Source: Azolla caroliniana
Taxonomy: Eukaryota > Plantae > Polypodiophyta
Direction of reading: 5' to 3'
Assembly (NCBI GenBank): GCA_043228905.1
Contig: JBHGNT010000015.1
Coordinates: 11,346,001 to 11,410,000, forward strand
DNA length: 64,000 nt
The notes beneath the pieces were generated by a model that was not told the origin of the DNA, did not search any database, and worked only from the letters and a program-made list of their open reading frames with translations. Below are positions 60,741 to 64,000 of the stretch, piece after piece. The first letter of the stretch is position 1, and each line of letters begins with the position of its first letter. Position numbers and translations under genes: made by a program.

Positions 60741-62545
60741 CACAGGTGGGATCACGTTAGAAAAGATAACAAAAAACTATGCATAAAATTTTATACATAA
60801 ATCTTAACTAATCTTATACATACATACATCTTAACAAAAATACCCATTATTATACTTATTCTGACAACGAATAAAGGTTTTCTCGATCCTAAATTCAAAG
60901 AAATGCTTAGTCACTTTGCCTTTTCTTGGGCCACTTCAAAAACTCTCATGCATTCTTAACAAAAAGAGTCATACAAATTCTCAATTGCAATGTGAATGCA
61001 TAATTAGGAACTTTGCTTCGACCACCTTTGATAAAACATGGATTATGGTATCTAATTCACCACACAAGAGCTTGTCCTTCAAATTCTTTATGTCCATTGA
61101 GACTGAGGCCATCCATCCTTATTGATCGTATCAGACCTTATCTCATTACCAATATGAGTAATAATGCTTGTAGAGCCCTTACACTACTTCGCACTCGATC
61201 TCGCTAGTTAGGTATTCAAGTTGCATCATGGTATCAAAACGTAACGAATTTGAAGACACTTGCTCTTCACAAGCTCAACATATAGTGCAATTCATTCAAG
61301 ATATGCTGACATACTAAGAGGGAGTGATAACTTAAGTGTCATACTTAAGACACCACCTAGAAGGTTGAGCTCATATGTGTATGCTTTATTAACACAGAGA
61401 CTTTGTGCTTCAACGTATGAATACCCCTTCTTAGGAAGGAGACATATATCAAGAACACATGTATACTCTGATCCCATAGGTCATAATTGGCCTCTTTATG
61501 GACGATAAAAATTCTAATTCTAATTCTCTCTCTTCTTTTCTTTTTATCGTAATTAGCTTACCTAATGGTAAGCTGTTACACTACAAGAACCTATGTCTCG
61601 GGTTCGAAACCCAATTTTCTCACCTCTCTATTGCATACTTCATAGTAGTATCTCTCAATTCACTATATGCCACTATGGAATGTAGGGGTTGAACCCATGA
61701 CCTCCTGGTCTCCATTGGGCAACCTTACCAACTAAGCTGCATCCATCACTACTCTCCCTCTCCTATGTATTGCCTTAAACAAGTAGAGAGTCTGAGTATC
61801 ACAATTTGATACAAAGTATTGCGTTTGGTCATATTCGACTATGTTTTTCACACCTCTTCGACCAAACCCAATCCTTGCACGGATTGTGACCTTCATCTTT
61901 CGTAGATATTGCTTTCACTCCATGCCTAAAATCAAATACAAAAGCATGGCGTATATCCCAATTATGACATAATCCCCAAGATCTTAGAAATAGGAAAACA
62001 ATCTCCATCTCTGATTTTGGGTCAATCTATATGAATTGTGTAAACATTCACTATCTAGGCATCAAATAACATTATACTTGTCAAATTTGGGAAATGTTAC
62101 TCCAAAGTTAGCAAGCAATTGAACATTGTATGGAACGATGAGACCTATCTTCAACCTCAACCATGCAAAAAAACTATTTCTTATTCCTAGTCCACGTCAT
62201 TTTAGAGCTAATCCCAATAGCAAACCTCCAATCTAAACTTTCCAATGAAGTTCATTGCAACAAGTAAGAATTTAGAATGCCAACTACGTTTTAGGATCAT
62301 CCACCATCCATACACAGAGTTATGTAATTTCCACTCTTTTACAGCCCTAGATGATAGCCATAGAAGAGACAATGACACAATGATACAAGATATTAATAGT
62401 CACTTGTAACAATGGTGTTTGATCCTATAAACACCAATCAACCCACCTTTGATTAGTTAAGAGCAAATGTATCCTTTCCAAGACAACTAGATGATTGGTA
62501 ACACTTTTTGTTGAGAATTCCAATGCCTCCACTAGATGATGGTTG
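60741..62545. repeat. Duplicated block, copy B right part
   Basis: Matches 2850-5048 without the solo LTR. Confidence 0.9.
61677..61744 (-). mobile_element. tRNA-derived SINE-like head (paralog of 4181-4248)
   Basis: A-box and B-box-like motifs. Confidence 0.5.
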
Positions 62546-62950
62546 CCATAAAAATAATGGGAGCGCTTCATGCCATGAGACAACCAAGTATTGAACACAT
62601 CAAGAGCTAGGAATCCTAAGTGGAATAAATATGTTCAATAATTGCCATCATGAAGGAGTAATCGTTGTCCTTCCATGTTTCATACCCTCATTCTCAATGA
62701 AATATTGGACAATAAATGTCTATGGTTGTGAGTCTAAACACATGTCTTGCAATAATGAACAACTATGATTCATCATATGCATAGATAAGTCCAACATTGC
62801 AGCTCACACCAAGCACTTGGGAGTTACTAGATGGTTCCATGCAACCAATGTGATTCCCATCTTAAACTTCTTTCTCCACAACAAATATCAAAGAGGTTAT
62901 GTAATGCAAAGGCTTCTTTGTCCATGCAACAATGTCAAGTAATATAATAT

Positions 62951-63230
62951 CATGGGTTCCATATTACATAGTACAACCTTGAAGTATATATGAAATGGGA
63001 ATACCTTGGGTTCCACAACCATATACAATATAGTAGCATGGGTTCCATATTACATAGTACAACCTTCAAGTGTATATGAAACGACAATATCTTGGGTTCC
63101 ATAACCTAATACAATATACTATCATGGGTTCCATATTATATCGTAGAACCTTCAAGTGTAAATGAAATGGAAATATCTTGGGTTCCATAACCATATACAA
63201 CCTTCATATGTAAATGAAATGGCAAAATCA
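62951..63230. repeat. 86-bp tandem repeat, ~3 copies
   Basis: CATGGGTTCCATATTA at 62951, 63037 and 63123. Confidence 0.85.
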
Positions 63231-63620
63231 TAAGTTCCATAATAAACTACACAACCAATACATGAACTTATCCCTTAACTTGCTAAAAATCCATTCAATC
63301 AATTCACCAATCCTAATATTCAATCCCAATGGATACCCCAAGTGTCGAAAAATAGATCCCTTTCTAATCATGGATCCTTGCCATCCTAGACATTCCAAAT
63401 CCCTTCCAGTACATGAGATGAGGCTACACTTCCTGCAATAAATATGTAATCTAGATGCCAATGGAAATTGGCTTCGTACAAGCTTCCCCTTCTCAAGATT
63501 CTCACATGAGGCTGGTAGAAACATGAATGAATCATCTACCAAAGCATGTGCTACCAATTGGCCCCATATGGAAGTTATCCCCATCAAAACATGAGTGAAG
63601 CAAAAAAAAATAGAGTGATC
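63228..63620 (-). pseudogene. LINE (L1-like) reverse transcriptase fragment
   Basis: ALVDDSFMFL (FADD-like) and FRHLGYPLG (YLG motif) with typical spacing. Confidence 0.75.
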
Positions 63621-64000
63621 CGGACTGCTATTATTACGGAAAACAAGATAGCATGGATCAACCCCAAAATACCACTTGATAAGAAGATGGCCCACTATGA
63701 GATACTTTTTACACACATCAGAAGATGGATTCATCATCATGACATATTATATGGACATATATCTATAATATGAGTGGCACAATGTGATATGGCGGTTGCG
63801 AACTTCATCACGTCAATTCACGATTGAGATTGGGCAAATACGCATGATGTCTCTAGAAGAAAGAATTGCCAATTGTATCATCAGGGAGTGGAATATGAAG
63901 CGCACTATGTTTGTCATTGTAGTTTTCTTCATGAAATAAGCGGGCGGTACCATTGCCTCTTTAAACAAGGTTTTGGTTCTCTGCACAAGGTAAAGGAATA

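Overview
AT-rich plant nuclear DNA, probably from a seedless plant such as a fern (inferred from the retroelement families). I found no intact host gene. The window is a deeply nested transposon stack inserted into one copy of a local duplication (copy A 1-5048; copy B 15490-17303 plus 60741-62545). Nesting, read from LTRs and target-site duplications (TSDs): Copia A1 (17304-38579) contains Gypsy B (19461-38490). B contains Gypsy C (24735-33576) and a hAT MITE (33689-34274). A second Copia copy, A2 (38580-60740), contains a non-autonomous gag-only element D (39413-57677). D contains an intact Gypsy E (41147-48457) and an intact Tnt1-like Copia F (49911-55375). Main observation: B and C, two families whose LTRs do not align by eye, both lack a polypurine tract (PPT). 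Exactly 2 nt from the 3' LTR each carries a tRNA-Arg 3'-end-like sequence, i.e. a second, inverted primer-binding site (PBS). This suggests plus-strand priming by a tRNA or tRNA mimic. Both also encode a conserved ~920-aa extra ORF. Other highlights are a G_GAU_UUU plus pseudoknot -1 frameshift signal in E, and a 5S-rRNA-derived Pol III promoter in the loop of a ~700-bp foldback.
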